Positions 8,583-18,044 of a stretch of DNA of 56,296 nucleotides are shown here, piece after piece (within the stretch, counting starts at the first letter, position 1; each line of letters opens with the position of its first letter). The stretch is from the IMG/VR virus record IMGVR_UViG_3300020438_000049, positions 1 through 56,296 of that record; one strand, 5' to 3'. Origin of the DNA: a virus (Duplodnaviria > Caudoviricetes). The position numbers and the translations under genes are program-made. The notes under the pieces were generated by a model. That model was not told the origin of the DNA. It worked only from the letters and a program-made list of their open reading frames with translations, and did not search any database.

Positions 8583-9170
8583 CTAGTCGGCAGAACCGTT
8601 TCCAGCAAGACTGAAGGATTGAACTTGGAATTCAACAGTGAATTCTTCTATAGTATCGCTTGATTCGTAAGATAAGTCAATAGCAGAGATATTTGTTGGG
8701 AAAATATCAACAAATTCATACTCTCTAAGAACTGTATTCTTATCACCAGAGTTGTCGTCGCTGCTTGTCTTAGATCCTCTACCAAGTTGATACACTTTAG
8801 CATTAGTCATATATGAAGCAGGATTAGTCGCTCCTAAGTTATTTTCTAACTTAGAAATCTGATTCATCCACTCTTCCATTGCAGTTCTAAGGATAAATCC
8901 TTCGTCATTGATAATGGTTACAGTCCATGTATCGAATGTTCTGTCTCCTGCAACTTTAAAAATACGACCTCTAAATGGTACATCAATTGCTGCTACATTA
9001 GATGCAGGTAAAGCTGCTGCCTTACACATATATCTAAAGTTATCAGCACTCCACTCAATTCCAGCAGGTAGAGTAGTTAACTCTACCTCGAACAGATTAG
9101 GTCTTGCACCGCCCCCAATAAGAGCACCTTTAAATTGAGAAATAGATTTGTTTTCTCTTGTCTTGGCCAT
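8583..9170 (-). CDS. gp19: Tail tube protein gp19
   Basis: GGARPNLFEV, VPFRGR..KVAGDRTFDTWTVT, IEEFTVEF. Confidence 0.97.
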   Translation of the reverse strand: MAKTRENKSISQFKGALIGGGARPNLFEVELTTLPAGIEWSADNFRYMCKAAALPASNVAAIDVPFRGRIFKVAGDRTFDTWTVTIINDEGFILRTAMEEWMNQISKLENNLGATNPASYMTNAKVYQLGRGSKTSSDDNSGDKNTVLREYEFVDIFPTNISAIDLSYESSDTIEEFTVEFQVQSFSLAGNGSAD

Positions 9171-9191
9171 GGTTGGTTATCCTCCTGTGTT

Positions 9192-9198
9192 TATTTAG
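9192..9198 (-). promoter_or_regulatory. Late promoter CTAAATA with GGAGG RBS for gp19
   Basis: TATTTAG on plus strand; CCTCC at 9181-9185. Confidence 0.75.
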
Positions 9199-9207
9199 AT
9201 AATGTGA

Positions 9208-11397
9208 TTAAACTCGACCTGCTACTTCCTCGAAACTAACACCAGTACGGGTAGCAACGAAAGTAAGAGTAACATAGTTGATTGACTTGGCAGGCTTCAG
9301 GAAGATGTCTGCTCTAAATTCATTATTATCGATAACATCAGGTGTGTTATTTGTGGTATCACAGATAACGAGGAATCCGTAAATACCTCTCTTTGCCTGA
9401 ATGTCACGTAGATAAGGTTCTACGATGTTCTTGAAGTTTGCTCTTGTTAACTCATCGTTGAGTTCAAAGAGTTGTGCTTCTGCTGCTTTCTCAAGTGCTT
9501 GCTCAACAGTTAAGAATAAACGACGAACGTTGATTCTATCGAAAGCAGATGCATAACCTAATCCAGTTTTGTCTCCGAATAATAGAGTACCAATTCCTGG
9601 TTGTGTTATGACTGAGTTAATCCTTTGAGGATAGAGTTGATCTCTTTGTGCCTTACTTGGATTATATGCAAGTTTAATTGCATTATTGATAATACCACGC
9701 TGTTGTCCAGCAGGTGAGAACCAAGGATAAGAATTGATTCCTGTACGACACATTAGACCAGCAACATCACCATTTGTTGGGATGTAGCGGAACTTATTGT
9801 TAAATCTGTCGTAAGTATACTTGTAACCACTATCAAATACTGCATATGATGAAGATGCAAGTGGTGAGAAGTACTTAACCAAGTTATCAGTTTGAGTATC
9901 AGTGTTAGTTAAACCAACAACGTCTGATCTATGTGGTCCAACAGTTGCCACGCAATCTTTTCTAAGATTAGCAATAGAAATTATAGAATTTGCTTTTGCT
10001 TGTGACTCTGCCTGTGTATCGCAGCCTGGTCCCATGATTAGGAAGTCTACTGCGGTTTCGTCTTTATTATTGAACTTATTGTATGCAGTTATTTGATCTG
10101 CAAGGTCTGCCTTCATTCCACCAGTAGCAGAATAATCAACACCACCAGCAAATGTATAAGTTACATTGCCTAATGCACTGTACTTAATACCTTGAGCATT
10201 TTGTCCCCAAACACCTGCACCAGTTGTAACTGGAGTATACCCAGAAGAGAATCCAGTTGCTAATGGAGTTGTACCCCAATAAGAATCTGCAGCAGCAGAT
10301 GGGTTCTTACCTGCATAGATGTTTGATGAATAATCTGCTAAGAACTGGTTGTACCAGATCTTTTGTGGAGCATTTACAGAAGAAACTGCGTCTTTTGCCT
10401 TTGAGATGCTTATGTGCTTCTCAAGAAGATTGCCTTTTATTCCACTAATTGTTCCTTTGTCATCAACTACAACAACGTGTAGACCATCACCTTTACCTTG
10501 TCTATCTGTTACGTAGACGTTAGATGTTGGTTTTGGAGCAATTTGCTTCCAAAAAATTGTTGAGTTTGTTAAACCTAATGTTTGCTGATTGTACCAGTCA
10601 ACAGAAGCACTAATAGTTGCTGTTGTTCCAACAAGAGCACCTGCAGCATTGATAACACTAAGTGTATTAAATCCAGCACCAGTTGTTAATGATGCATAGG
10701 TTGTTCCCTCTGCATAATCGATTGCTGTTTCTGTACCGTCAGTAGCAACTCTTGATGTAAGTTTGACATCAACTTTCTTTGTACCAGCATCAATACCAGT
10801 AATAATACCTTTAATATGTCCACTAAATGCGGATGTAGTTCCTGTACCAGGAATTACTGTATTATTTGGAACTGAAACTGAAACACCTTGTCCAACAGTA
10901 GAACCTGTTGGTATTGCACTTAGTGTTACAGTTTGATCTGCTGCGTCATCAATGAAACAAACTTTTAATCCGTCTGCCCATGTACCTGAGTTTTTCGCTG
11001 CATATGTAAAACTATTGTCTGTATCCTGATGATTATTTGTATAATCGTCATAGTTGTCAATTCTTGCTGCACCAGTCATAGTAGCACTGGCAGCATTAGA
11101 ACCAGCATTAGCATTTGCAAGTGTAGAACCTGCTGCTCTGGTTACTTTTAAAACTCCACCATATGAAAGGTAGGATGCTGCACTCATCCAGTACTCATAT
11201 TGAGCATCTGTTGAGATGGGCTTACCAAATACATTGATAAGATCTTGTTCTGTGGTTATATCAATTGGGTCATTTACTGGTCCAATTGGGAATGGTCCCG
11301 CAATTGCACCGATGTTGTCCAATACATTATCAGCTCTTCCTACTGTTAAGTCAACCTCCCTTACCAGTACTCCAGGAGATAATTGAGGAGTAGCCAT
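9208..11397 (-). CDS. gp18: Tail sheath protein gp18
   Basis: SPGVLVREVD, PWFSPAG, FDRINVRRLF, KPAKSINYVTLTFVATRTG. Confidence 0.98.
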   Translation of the reverse strand: MATPQLSPGVLVREVDLTVGRADNVLDNIGAIAGPFPIGPVNDPIDITTEQDLINVFGKPISTDAQYEYWMSAASYLSYGGVLKVTRAAGSTLANANAGSNAASATMTGAARIDNYDDYTNNHQDTDNSFTYAAKNSGTWADGLKVCFIDDAADQTVTLSAIPTGSTVGQGVSVSVPNNTVIPGTGTTSAFSGHIKGIITGIDAGTKKVDVKLTSRVATDGTETAIDYAEGTTYASLTTGAGFNTLSVINAAGALVGTTATISASVDWYNQQTLGLTNSTIFWKQIAPKPTSNVYVTDRQGKGDGLHVVVVDDKGTISGIKGNLLEKHISISKAKDAVSSVNAPQKIWYNQFLADYSSNIYAGKNPSAAADSYWGTTPLATGFSSGYTPVTTGAGVWGQNAQGIKYSALGNVTYTFAGGVDYSATGGMKADLADQITAYNKFNNKDETAVDFLIMGPGCDTQAESQAKANSIISIANLRKDCVATVGPHRSDVVGLTNTDTQTDNLVKYFSPLASSSYAVFDSGYKYTYDRFNNKFRYIPTNGDVAGLMCRTGINSYPWFSPAGQQRGIINNAIKLAYNPSKAQRDQLYPQRINSVITQPGIGTLLFGDKTGLGYASAFDRINVRRLFLTVEQALEKAAEAQLFELNDELTRANFKNIVEPYLRDIQAKRGIYGFLVICDTTNNTPDVIDNNEFRADIFLKPAKSINYVTLTFVATRTGVSFEEVAGRV

Positions 11398-11432
11398 GCT
11401 TTTTGTTCTCCGATTCTCAGTTAATCTGAAAA

Positions 11433-11439
11433 TATTTAT
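11433..11439 (-). promoter_or_regulatory. Late promoter ATAAATA for gp18
   Basis: TATTTAT on plus strand; GGAGA RBS downstream. Confidence 0.7.
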
Positions 11440-11481
11440 TCAAAGGAACATTTTCGTGTGCTATGAACAATGCATGAACAT

Positions 11482-13134
11482 TTACCTGTATTCCCACATG
11501 AATGACCTATCCCCATACTCATCTGCTTTTTTCCAGTGATCTCCATCTGCATCAACAAAACTATCTTCATCTAATCCATCAGACATAAACCCAAATGGAG
11601 CCATATCTTGTTCAATCTGATTCTTTTGTTCTTCGTATAATCTTTTTCTTACGTCCTGATCTGTAAGTTCTTTAAAGTAATCCTGAGCTACTAACCATGC
11701 ATATATGACAAGACACATAGCAAGGTCATCATTACATCCTTCTTCTGCCTCAAATGAATTGTTTTTCTGAATGAATGTGGTCAATTCACTCATAATCTCA
11801 TAATCAGTAAATAAGAGTTTATTCTCTTCTATCAATGTCTTTAAGTTAAGAGCACCAACCTTCTTGACGGTTTTTGACATCTTAACACCGAGTTGAGTCT
11901 TTTTACCTGAGAATCCCTGACCGACAACTTGCCCTGCTCTACCTCTCATAGAACACATAAGGAGATTTTCATACTCCATATCAAAGTTTAATATGGATGC
12001 AACCTGATCTCCAACATCATTTACTTCACATAAAACAAATGCATTATTATAATTTCTACCAACTTCCTCAATAATAGTTGGGAAAAGCATAGGTTTAATT
12101 TCATTATTTCTATACTTTGCTACTACTGCATGAGGAAACTCTGTAATATCAATGACTACAAATGCAGAATAATCCTTTGCTACTCCTCTTGCTACATCAA
12201 CCGTTATAGCATATTCATGCCCTTTCTGTGGATCAACATATACATCTAATCCAGCACTTGTCTTTTCTGGTTGTTGATATACTAATGCTCTCAATTTACT
12301 AGGAGCAATCAATGTATCGACAGATCCTAAGAACTCACATTCAAACTCAACTCTAAACTGTTGATCTGATGTGTTTGCAATTGTTTGTGCTTTCCATTTA
12401 TCATCCCTACCAGGCACTTCCGACCAGTGGACATCAGTCGGTACATATTCATTTTTACTTCTTTCCGCATCGTGCCACATACGGTAGAAGTGATTCATTC
12501 CGTGGGGGGTCGAGACAATAATGACTTTAGTACTTTTACCAGAAGTAATAGTAGGATAAACAGAGGCAAAAAACGAATCAGCAATATGATTTGGAACGAA
12601 TGCAAACTCATCCAAAAACAAGATATTGAATGACATTCCTCGAACAGCTGAGGCAGATGTTGAAGCAGCCAAGATTTTGGAACCATTTTCTAACTCTAGT
12701 GAACCTCTATTCCATGCTAATACACCTTGCTGCATCCACTTAGGAACATTCTCATATGCAGTTTGTAGTCTGCCAAGAAGTTCCCTTGCGGTTGCTGCCT
12801 TGTTAGCAAGAATACCAATATTTACACTATCATTGAATAGTAGATAATGCAACAGATAAGATATAACAGTTGTAGACTTACCTGTCTGACGAGGCATCTT
12901 ACAAATGTTGAATCTATTTCCATGAAAATTCTCAATTAACTTTTGCTGGAAGTCATAAGGTTCAAATGGCATCAAACCTTTATCAAGAGTAACGATCTTG
13001 ACATGATTCTGTGCAAAGTAAACGGGGTCTTCCCTACATGCCATAAACTCAAGAATCTGTTCTTGAGTAAACTCTATAGTAGTATTTGCCCGTTTTAGAT
13101 TGGGGTTACCTAAGTATATTTCGTCTCTTTTCAT
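11482..13134 (-). CDS. gp17: Terminase large subunit gp17
   Basis: Walker A PRQTGKST, Walker B ILFLDEFAF, STPHG coupling motif, nuclease VDVARG and NDDLAM. Confidence 0.98.
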   Translation of the reverse strand: MKRDEIYLGNPNLKRANTTIEFTQEQILEFMACREDPVYFAQNHVKIVTLDKGLMPFEPYDFQQKLIENFHGNRFNICKMPRQTGKSTTVISYLLHYLLFNDSVNIGILANKAATARELLGRLQTAYENVPKWMQQGVLAWNRGSLELENGSKILAASTSASAVRGMSFNILFLDEFAFVPNHIADSFFASVYPTITSGKSTKVIIVSTPHGMNHFYRMWHDAERSKNEYVPTDVHWSEVPGRDDKWKAQTIANTSDQQFRVEFECEFLGSVDTLIAPSKLRALVYQQPEKTSAGLDVYVDPQKGHEYAITVDVARGVAKDYSAFVVIDITEFPHAVVAKYRNNEIKPMLFPTIIEEVGRNYNNAFVLCEVNDVGDQVASILNFDMEYENLLMCSMRGRAGQVVGQGFSGKKTQLGVKMSKTVKKVGALNLKTLIEENKLLFTDYEIMSELTTFIQKNNSFEAEEGCNDDLAMCLVIYAWLVAQDYFKELTDQDVRKRLYEEQKNQIEQDMAPFGFMSDGLDEDSFVDADGDHWKKADEYGDRSFMWEYR

Positions 13135-13149
13135 AATAAAAAATAATAA

Positions 13150-13785
13150 TTACGTTCCTATTCGCAAGAACGGTTGACCAGGAACATAGTCTGTACGTTC
13201 ATAGTTCCAAACCTTACAACCAGGATAAACCTTACTCACTTGTGTTATTACTTCTTTTTTAGATGGTTTTGATACTTGAGGGAAGAACATCTTAATCATA
13301 TAGTTTCTTCCTCTCCATGCCAAATAAACATCTATAAGATTACCTATTTCAGTTGGTATTCTTGTAGACTCATCAAGTACACCTACTAATGGTTCTGGTT
13401 TAATAAGATCAATTGATTCAATCTCTGTTGGTTTATAGTCATTTCTCCAATCATCTACAAAAATATTATACCCTACATCAATATTATTCTCAACAAACCA
13501 TCCTCTATTTACTTCCAATGCATAACGAATATTGCCTTCTGGATAGACAGGAGAAGATCTTAAAGGTTCTAATTGTTTAATACTTTCTATAACTCCTTCT
13601 TCAGTAACGAATGCAATATCAAGAGGAATAGTAGTATGTCTCATATGAAAAGAATGCTCACCATCCTCTGCAAATGCAAAAAGCATTCCAGTATCTTGTT
13701 CCAGACTTTCCCTAAACATCAAACCCAAATCAAATTCTGCTTGGGTATTAGGGATTTCTATTTTTAAAGGTAAGTTAATCTTCAT
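13150..13785 (-). CDS. DUF192-domain protein with C-terminal extension
   Basis: GLMFRESL..GMLF..FHMRHTTIPLDIAF..YALEVNRGW is the DUF192 signature. Confidence 0.85.
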   Translation of the reverse strand: MKINLPLKIEIPNTQAEFDLGLMFRESLEQDTGMLFAFAEDGEHSFHMRHTTIPLDIAFVTEEGVIESIKQLEPLRSSPVYPEGNIRYALEVNRGWFVENNIDVGYNIFVDDWRNDYKPTEIESIDLIKPEPLVGVLDESTRIPTEIGNLIDVYLAWRGRNYMIKMFFPQVSKPSKKEVITQVSKVYPGCKVWNYERTDYVPGQPFLRIGT

Positions 13786-14303
13786 GATCCTCCCCCATTA
13801 GAGCCGCCACCGTTCCCACCACCATTACTACTGCTGCTGCCATTACCACCGTCCACACCGCTATTACCATTAGTTGTGTTTCCATTAGTTTTAGTCTCTC
13901 CTTCTTCTGAGTCGTTTTCTAATCTTCCTCTCGCACCAACATAATATCCACGAGGAATAGGTTTACATTTTTTATCCGTGAAACACCAATATTTACCAGA
14001 AGGACAAGTTTTAAACTTGGTTTCTTCCATGAATTGTGAATAATTCTTCATAGTTCGTTGCCTAGCACTCTCGTCTTGCATGTTGACATACTTCTTAGAA
14101 GCATCTGTCATAGTATCTATATCCTGAAGGGTTAGTTTCTCTACAGGAAAGATATTAGACAATCTATAATTCAACCCATAGGGTGTTTGATAGTCCTGAG
14201 TTAATGTATCATCATCAATAGGAAACAGATACTTATCAAATTTAGCAACACCACCAGAAACGTTGGTGGGTTGTTCTTTAAGAAAGTCTCTGAATTTCTT
14301 CAT
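13782..14303 (-). CDS. Hypothetical protein, putative head internal protein
   Basis: N-terminal MKKFRDFLKE, internal MKNYSQFMEE, CPSGKYWC..KKC motif, Gly/Asn/Ser tail; ATGA overlaps at both ends. Confidence 0.7.
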   Translation of the reverse strand: MKKFRDFLKEQPTNVSGGVAKFDKYLFPIDDDTLTQDYQTPYGLNYRLSNIFPVEKLTLQDIDTMTDASKKYVNMQDESARQRTMKNYSQFMEETKFKTCPSGKYWCFTDKKCKPIPRGYYVGARGRLENDSEEGETKTNGNTTNGNSGVDGGNGSSSSNGGGNGGGSNGGGS

Positions 14304-14698
14304 TGATTTTGCTGTTTGATTAACTTAGCTAAGTCTGAAGTAGACCCAACAAACAATGCATTATTAGTAACATTGGTTGTTTTAGTCTTCTCTTCTTCAA
14401 CATCCTTCAGTTTCTTCTGAAGATCCATTAACTTATCAGTTGCATCAGATACACTCTTAATCAACTGACCAGCAACTTCATATGCTCTTGGTTGCTCAGT
14501 TTCTTGAGCAAGTTCGAGAATACCATCAATTGCTTCTTGACCTTTTTCGATAATACTATAAAGATTACCTCTTGTATAGTCATAATCTTTCTCAACATCA
14601 TTCTTAGTCAACCTATCTGGTTTTTCTTTAACCACAGGTTTAGGTTCTTCTGAAACCACTTCAGGAGTGATGTTAAATGCTTTATCTAATTGTTTCAT
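14300..14698 (-). CDS. gp16: Terminase small subunit gp16
   Basis: DYDYTRGNL, PRAYEVAGQLIK, NALFVGSTSDL. Confidence 0.95.
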   Translation of the reverse strand: MKQLDKAFNITPEVVSEEPKPVVKEKPDRLTKNDVEKDYDYTRGNLYSIIEKGQEAIDGILELAQETEQPRAYEVAGQLIKSVSDATDKLMDLQKKLKDVEEEKTKTTNVTNNALFVGSTSDLAKLIKQQNQ

Positions 14699-15699
14699 TA
14701 GAATGTATTCCCGTCGAATCCGAAGTCGTCACCTTCTTCGATAAGAACGCTATCTGCCTCAGTAATAGACTTAATAGCATCTCCTCTTAAGTGACCAACT
14801 GCAGTTGTACTATCTTGTCCTCTTTCTATTGTTATATCATTACCATCCTTAGACTTAATCCATATCTCTTCACCACCAAGATCTGCATATAACTTACCAC
14901 TTGATGGGATAGTTATCTTAGAAGAATCCTCAACAGTAATCATCGTATCTGTTAGAGAAATATCATTTGCAAGGTTTGCTATGATAGCAACATCACCTGT
15001 ATAGTTCTTAACTGCTCTTGGTTTTACAGAGTAAGTAACATCTCTTGCTGCTGTACCTCTCTTCTCTCCAGATAGATATGTAACAGTAGACTTCTTGATG
15101 ATATCCTTGGTAGCAGATGTAACAGGACCAAACATATAAGTCTTAGCAGTAAATCTTAAAGTATAAAGAAGTACTCTTCTCTGAGTAAAGTCTCCTTCAT
15201 AATCATCCTGCATTGTAATATTTTCTAATATAATCGGAACATCTCTCTTTTCGTTAATAGCACCAACCAAATTTACTGATACGTTATATGCTGGTTGGAA
15301 ATAAGGTAATATTTGTTCTGTAATCTGTAATGCATCATCATTCAACTTACACATAATAGCAAGTTCAAATTGCATATTATATGGTACAGGCATAAAAACT
15401 TTAGTTGTTTCTTTACCATCAGTCGGATCTTTTACAGTATATCTTTGTGTCGTTGTAACCTTTCTAGCAGGATCATATGTAAGACCTGTAAACTCAAATG
15501 ACATTCTAGGTAATGTCATTGCAGTGGACTTATTGAGATCTGGTGATTGTTCTAATCTTGCCAAGAATTTTTGAGTAGGACCGTATGCCAATGGCACTTT
15601 GATACTAGAATTTTCTTGCTTAACGGTTATCCCATTAAACAAAGTACCAAAGGAAATAATAGTCCTCCTAAGAATTTCGTTATAAAAATACTCAAACAT
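14698..15699 (-). CDS. gp15: Tail sheath stabilizer / terminator gp15
   Basis: FGTLFN, VPLAYGP, LPRMSFE, EQILPYFQP. Confidence 0.95.
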   Translation of the reverse strand: MFEYFYNEILRRTIISFGTLFNGITVKQENSSIKVPLAYGPTQKFLARLEQSPDLNKSTAMTLPRMSFEFTGLTYDPARKVTTTQRYTVKDPTDGKETTKVFMPVPYNMQFELAIMCKLNDDALQITEQILPYFQPAYNVSVNLVGAINEKRDVPIILENITMQDDYEGDFTQRRVLLYTLRFTAKTYMFGPVTSATKDIIKKSTVTYLSGEKRGTAARDVTYSVKPRAVKNYTGDVAIIANLANDISLTDTMITVEDSSKITIPSSGKLYADLGGEEIWIKSKDGNDITIERGQDSTTAVGHLRGDAIKSITEADSVLIEEGDDFGFDGNTF

Positions 15700-15718
15700 T
15701 GTTATAGTCCTGGTATAT

Positions 15719-15725
15719 TATTTAG
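15719..15725 (-). promoter_or_regulatory. Late promoter CTAAATA overlapping the gp14 stop
   Basis: TATTTAG on plus strand, 19 nt from the gp15 ATG. Confidence 0.7.
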
Positions 15726-17158
15726 GGAATACCGAATGGATTGGTTTCTGAGAAGTCTAAAATCTTATCTGCTTCCGTTTCTATATCGAAATTATCTGCA
15801 AATTCATCACTATCTGGCATATCATCTGCCCTCCTTAATGCATGAGATGCACCTGATATTGCTCCAACAATCTTCTCTCCAATAGAGAATGTTCCACTAA
15901 CTGAAGCAACTTCCAATTCGTTCTTAACAGTATTCCAAGATCTTACTCTTCCAGTAGCACCACTGACAGCACCTGTTACCATTTCATTGAAGTTATAGTC
16001 ACCAGTAGAATCTAATGATGGATCACCAATAGTAATATTTGGTGCTAATGTATATCCTGCACCAGCATTAGTTATATTGATAGCGATTAGACTTCCTGCA
16101 GCATTTAGCACACCAACACCTGTAGCAGTGGTTCCTACGCCTATAGGAGCACTAAAGGTGATTGTAGGTGCTGTAGTGAACCCTGAACCGCCTGTAGTAA
16201 GTGTAACTACTCCAACAGTCCCATCTCCAATATATGCTGTTCCAGCAGCACCTGTACCACTAGTGCTAGTGATAGCAATACCTGGAGCAGTAGTATATCC
16301 AAAACCTGGATTAACTATATCTACTCTCTGTACTGATTTCTGATTAGCATTTACATTCAAGTTGCATACTTGTATACCACCAATCATTGCTGCAGTTAAT
16401 ATACCTGTTATTCCTCCACTAGGTGCAGATGATAATCCAACAACAGGTGTGTCAAGATACCCACCTCCCCTATTAGATAGAGTGATGTATGTGATACCAC
16501 CTGTAGGTATAACTCCTGTAAATGCAGATGCAGTTGCACCTGTTCCCACTAATGAAAGTGTTTGTGTTACTCCAAGTATTGTAGAAATACCATCTTCCGA
16601 TTCACCATCTGCTAGATTATCTCCAACTAATTCATTATCAATCTCCTCAACACCAGTTGCAATAATCTCATCCTCGTAACGGAAGAGTTCACAACGCAGT
16701 TCATAAACATAAGTGTTCTGTAACTGATAGAATGGTTTTTCATGCTCTACAAACTTAATCTCAAATAATCTATCTCCCAATGGGAAGTAAATTAGATCCC
16801 CTTCTTTAGGTCTAGTTGTGAGTTTTACATTCTCCTCTCCTTTCATCAATGGAGAAATATAAGTCTCAAATCTTTCCTTTGATATAATCAGAGTTACTTC
16901 ATTGGTCTGTTGGATACCAAACTTAGATAGTAAAACTGGGTTATCTCCATATCCATCAAAGTTATCAATATATGCTTCTATAGGATATGCATCATCAAAT
17001 TTGGAATTAACAACTTCTTTAATAACACTTTTTTCTCCCATATATTTTCTAGGAAGATAATGTATGTCAACACCATACATCTTCAACTGTTCGTTGATTA
17101 TATCCTGTATCAGATTTTGCTCTGATTTAGCTCCTTGTTGGAAGTATGGATTAAGCAC
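15722..17158 (-). CDS. gp14: Neck protein gp14
   Basis: YGVDIHYLPR, SKFG, RPKEGDLIYFP, C-terminal DFSETNPFG; internal GxGY repeat insertion. Confidence 0.93.
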   Translation of the reverse strand: MLNPYFQQGAKSEQNLIQDIINEQLKMYGVDIHYLPRKYMGEKSVIKEVVNSKFDDAYPIEAYIDNFDGYGDNPVLLSKFGIQQTNEVTLIISKERFETYISPLMKGEENVKLTTRPKEGDLIYFPLGDRLFEIKFVEHEKPFYQLQNTYVYELRCELFRYEDEIIATGVEEIDNELVGDNLADGESEDGISTILGVTQTLSLVGTGATASAFTGVIPTGGITYITLSNRGGGYLDTPVVGLSSAPSGGITGILTAAMIGGIQVCNLNVNANQKSVQRVDIVNPGFGYTTAPGIAITSTSGTGAAGTAYIGDGTVGVVTLTTGGSGFTTAPTITFSAPIGVGTTATGVGVLNAAGSLIAINITNAGAGYTLAPNITIGDPSLDSTGDYNFNEMVTGAVSGATGRVRSWNTVKNELEVASVSGTFSIGEKIVGAISGASHALRRADDMPDSDEFADNFDIETEADKILDFSETNPFGIP

Positions 17159-17162
17159 TATA

Positions 17163-18014
17163 TTAACCTACCATGTCTAATGGTGGTAATTCGTATGTAT
17201 TGGACATCTGTTCTCTGATGTTATCAAGCTCTTTCTGAGCATCATCATAGATTTGCCGTCCATTCAACTCTACCCCACCAGGTAATTTAACTCCTTGGAA
17301 CTTAAGTAAATTTTGACCCCATTGACGTTTCACTAATTGAGTCAAGTATCTTTTTAGGAATGAATCATTCCAAACTCGTACATAATCATTTGGATTTGCT
17401 GCTCTATAACAATCCATAACAATATAATCACCCACTCCAACATTACTCCAATCAACATCCATATACAATCTATCCATTCTTTGATTAAATCTTATCTGTT
17501 TCTGTGTTGTTAATAAGAAATCAATGTCTGACAAATATGTCTTTGTCATTGCATAAGTTAATAATTCTGTTGCACCCCAATAGTAAATATCATTTAAAAA
17601 CATCTGATACTTAATACTGAACATACCACTTGACATGGCATTTGTTCCATCGTAGTGGAATATCTTAGTAACACCAATAATCTCTGGTGGAACTTGTAAA
17701 TAATTACTATTTTCTTCCCAATCAAACTGCATTGCAGCACCGTCAATAGTTGCGGTTGCTGTAGTTGTTGTTATACCTGCTGTTGGATCATTGATTCCTC
17801 CTCTTGCTCTTCCCCTATCAACATCATTCTGTGTTAATTTGTATTTTAAAAATGATTGTGATACACCATCAAAATGCCTTTCCTGAAAATACTGAACAGC
17901 ATCATCAACCAAGTCATTGACTTGTTCATCAGCAACGTTAATCTCCAATACAGGAGCACCAAGTTGCCTCTTGCAATAATCTATTAGTTGTTGTCTACTT
18001 GCTGGTTGTGCCAT
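17163..18014 (-). CDS. gp13: Neck protein gp13
   Basis: LGAPVLEINV, KRQWGQNLLKFQGVKLPGGVELNG. Confidence 0.95.
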   Translation of the reverse strand: MAQPASRQQLIDYCKRQLGAPVLEINVADEQVNDLVDDAVQYFQERHFDGVSQSFLKYKLTQNDVDRGRARGGINDPTAGITTTTATATIDGAAMQFDWEENSNYLQVPPEIIGVTKIFHYDGTNAMSSGMFSIKYQMFLNDIYYWGATELLTYAMTKTYLSDIDFLLTTQKQIRFNQRMDRLYMDVDWSNVGVGDYIVMDCYRAANPNDYVRVWNDSFLKRYLTQLVKRQWGQNLLKFQGVKLPGGVELNGRQIYDDAQKELDNIREQMSNTYELPPLDMVG

Positions 18015-18037
18015 TTACACAGATGCTCCTTATATAA

Positions 18038-18044
18038 TATTTAG
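18038..18044 (-). promoter_or_regulatory. Late promoter CTAAATA for gp13, overlapping the upstream stop
   Basis: TATTTAG on plus strand; GGAG RBS downstream. Confidence 0.7.

Noticed and set aside
11459-11481. ATGAACA direct repeat between gp17 and gp18
   Set aside because: Only two 7-bp copies; compatible with chance
3037-13134. Introns or inteins in gp23, gp20, gp18 or gp17
   Set aside because: All are uninterrupted and of normal length; no intein splice motifs or LAGLIDADG/HNH inserts seen
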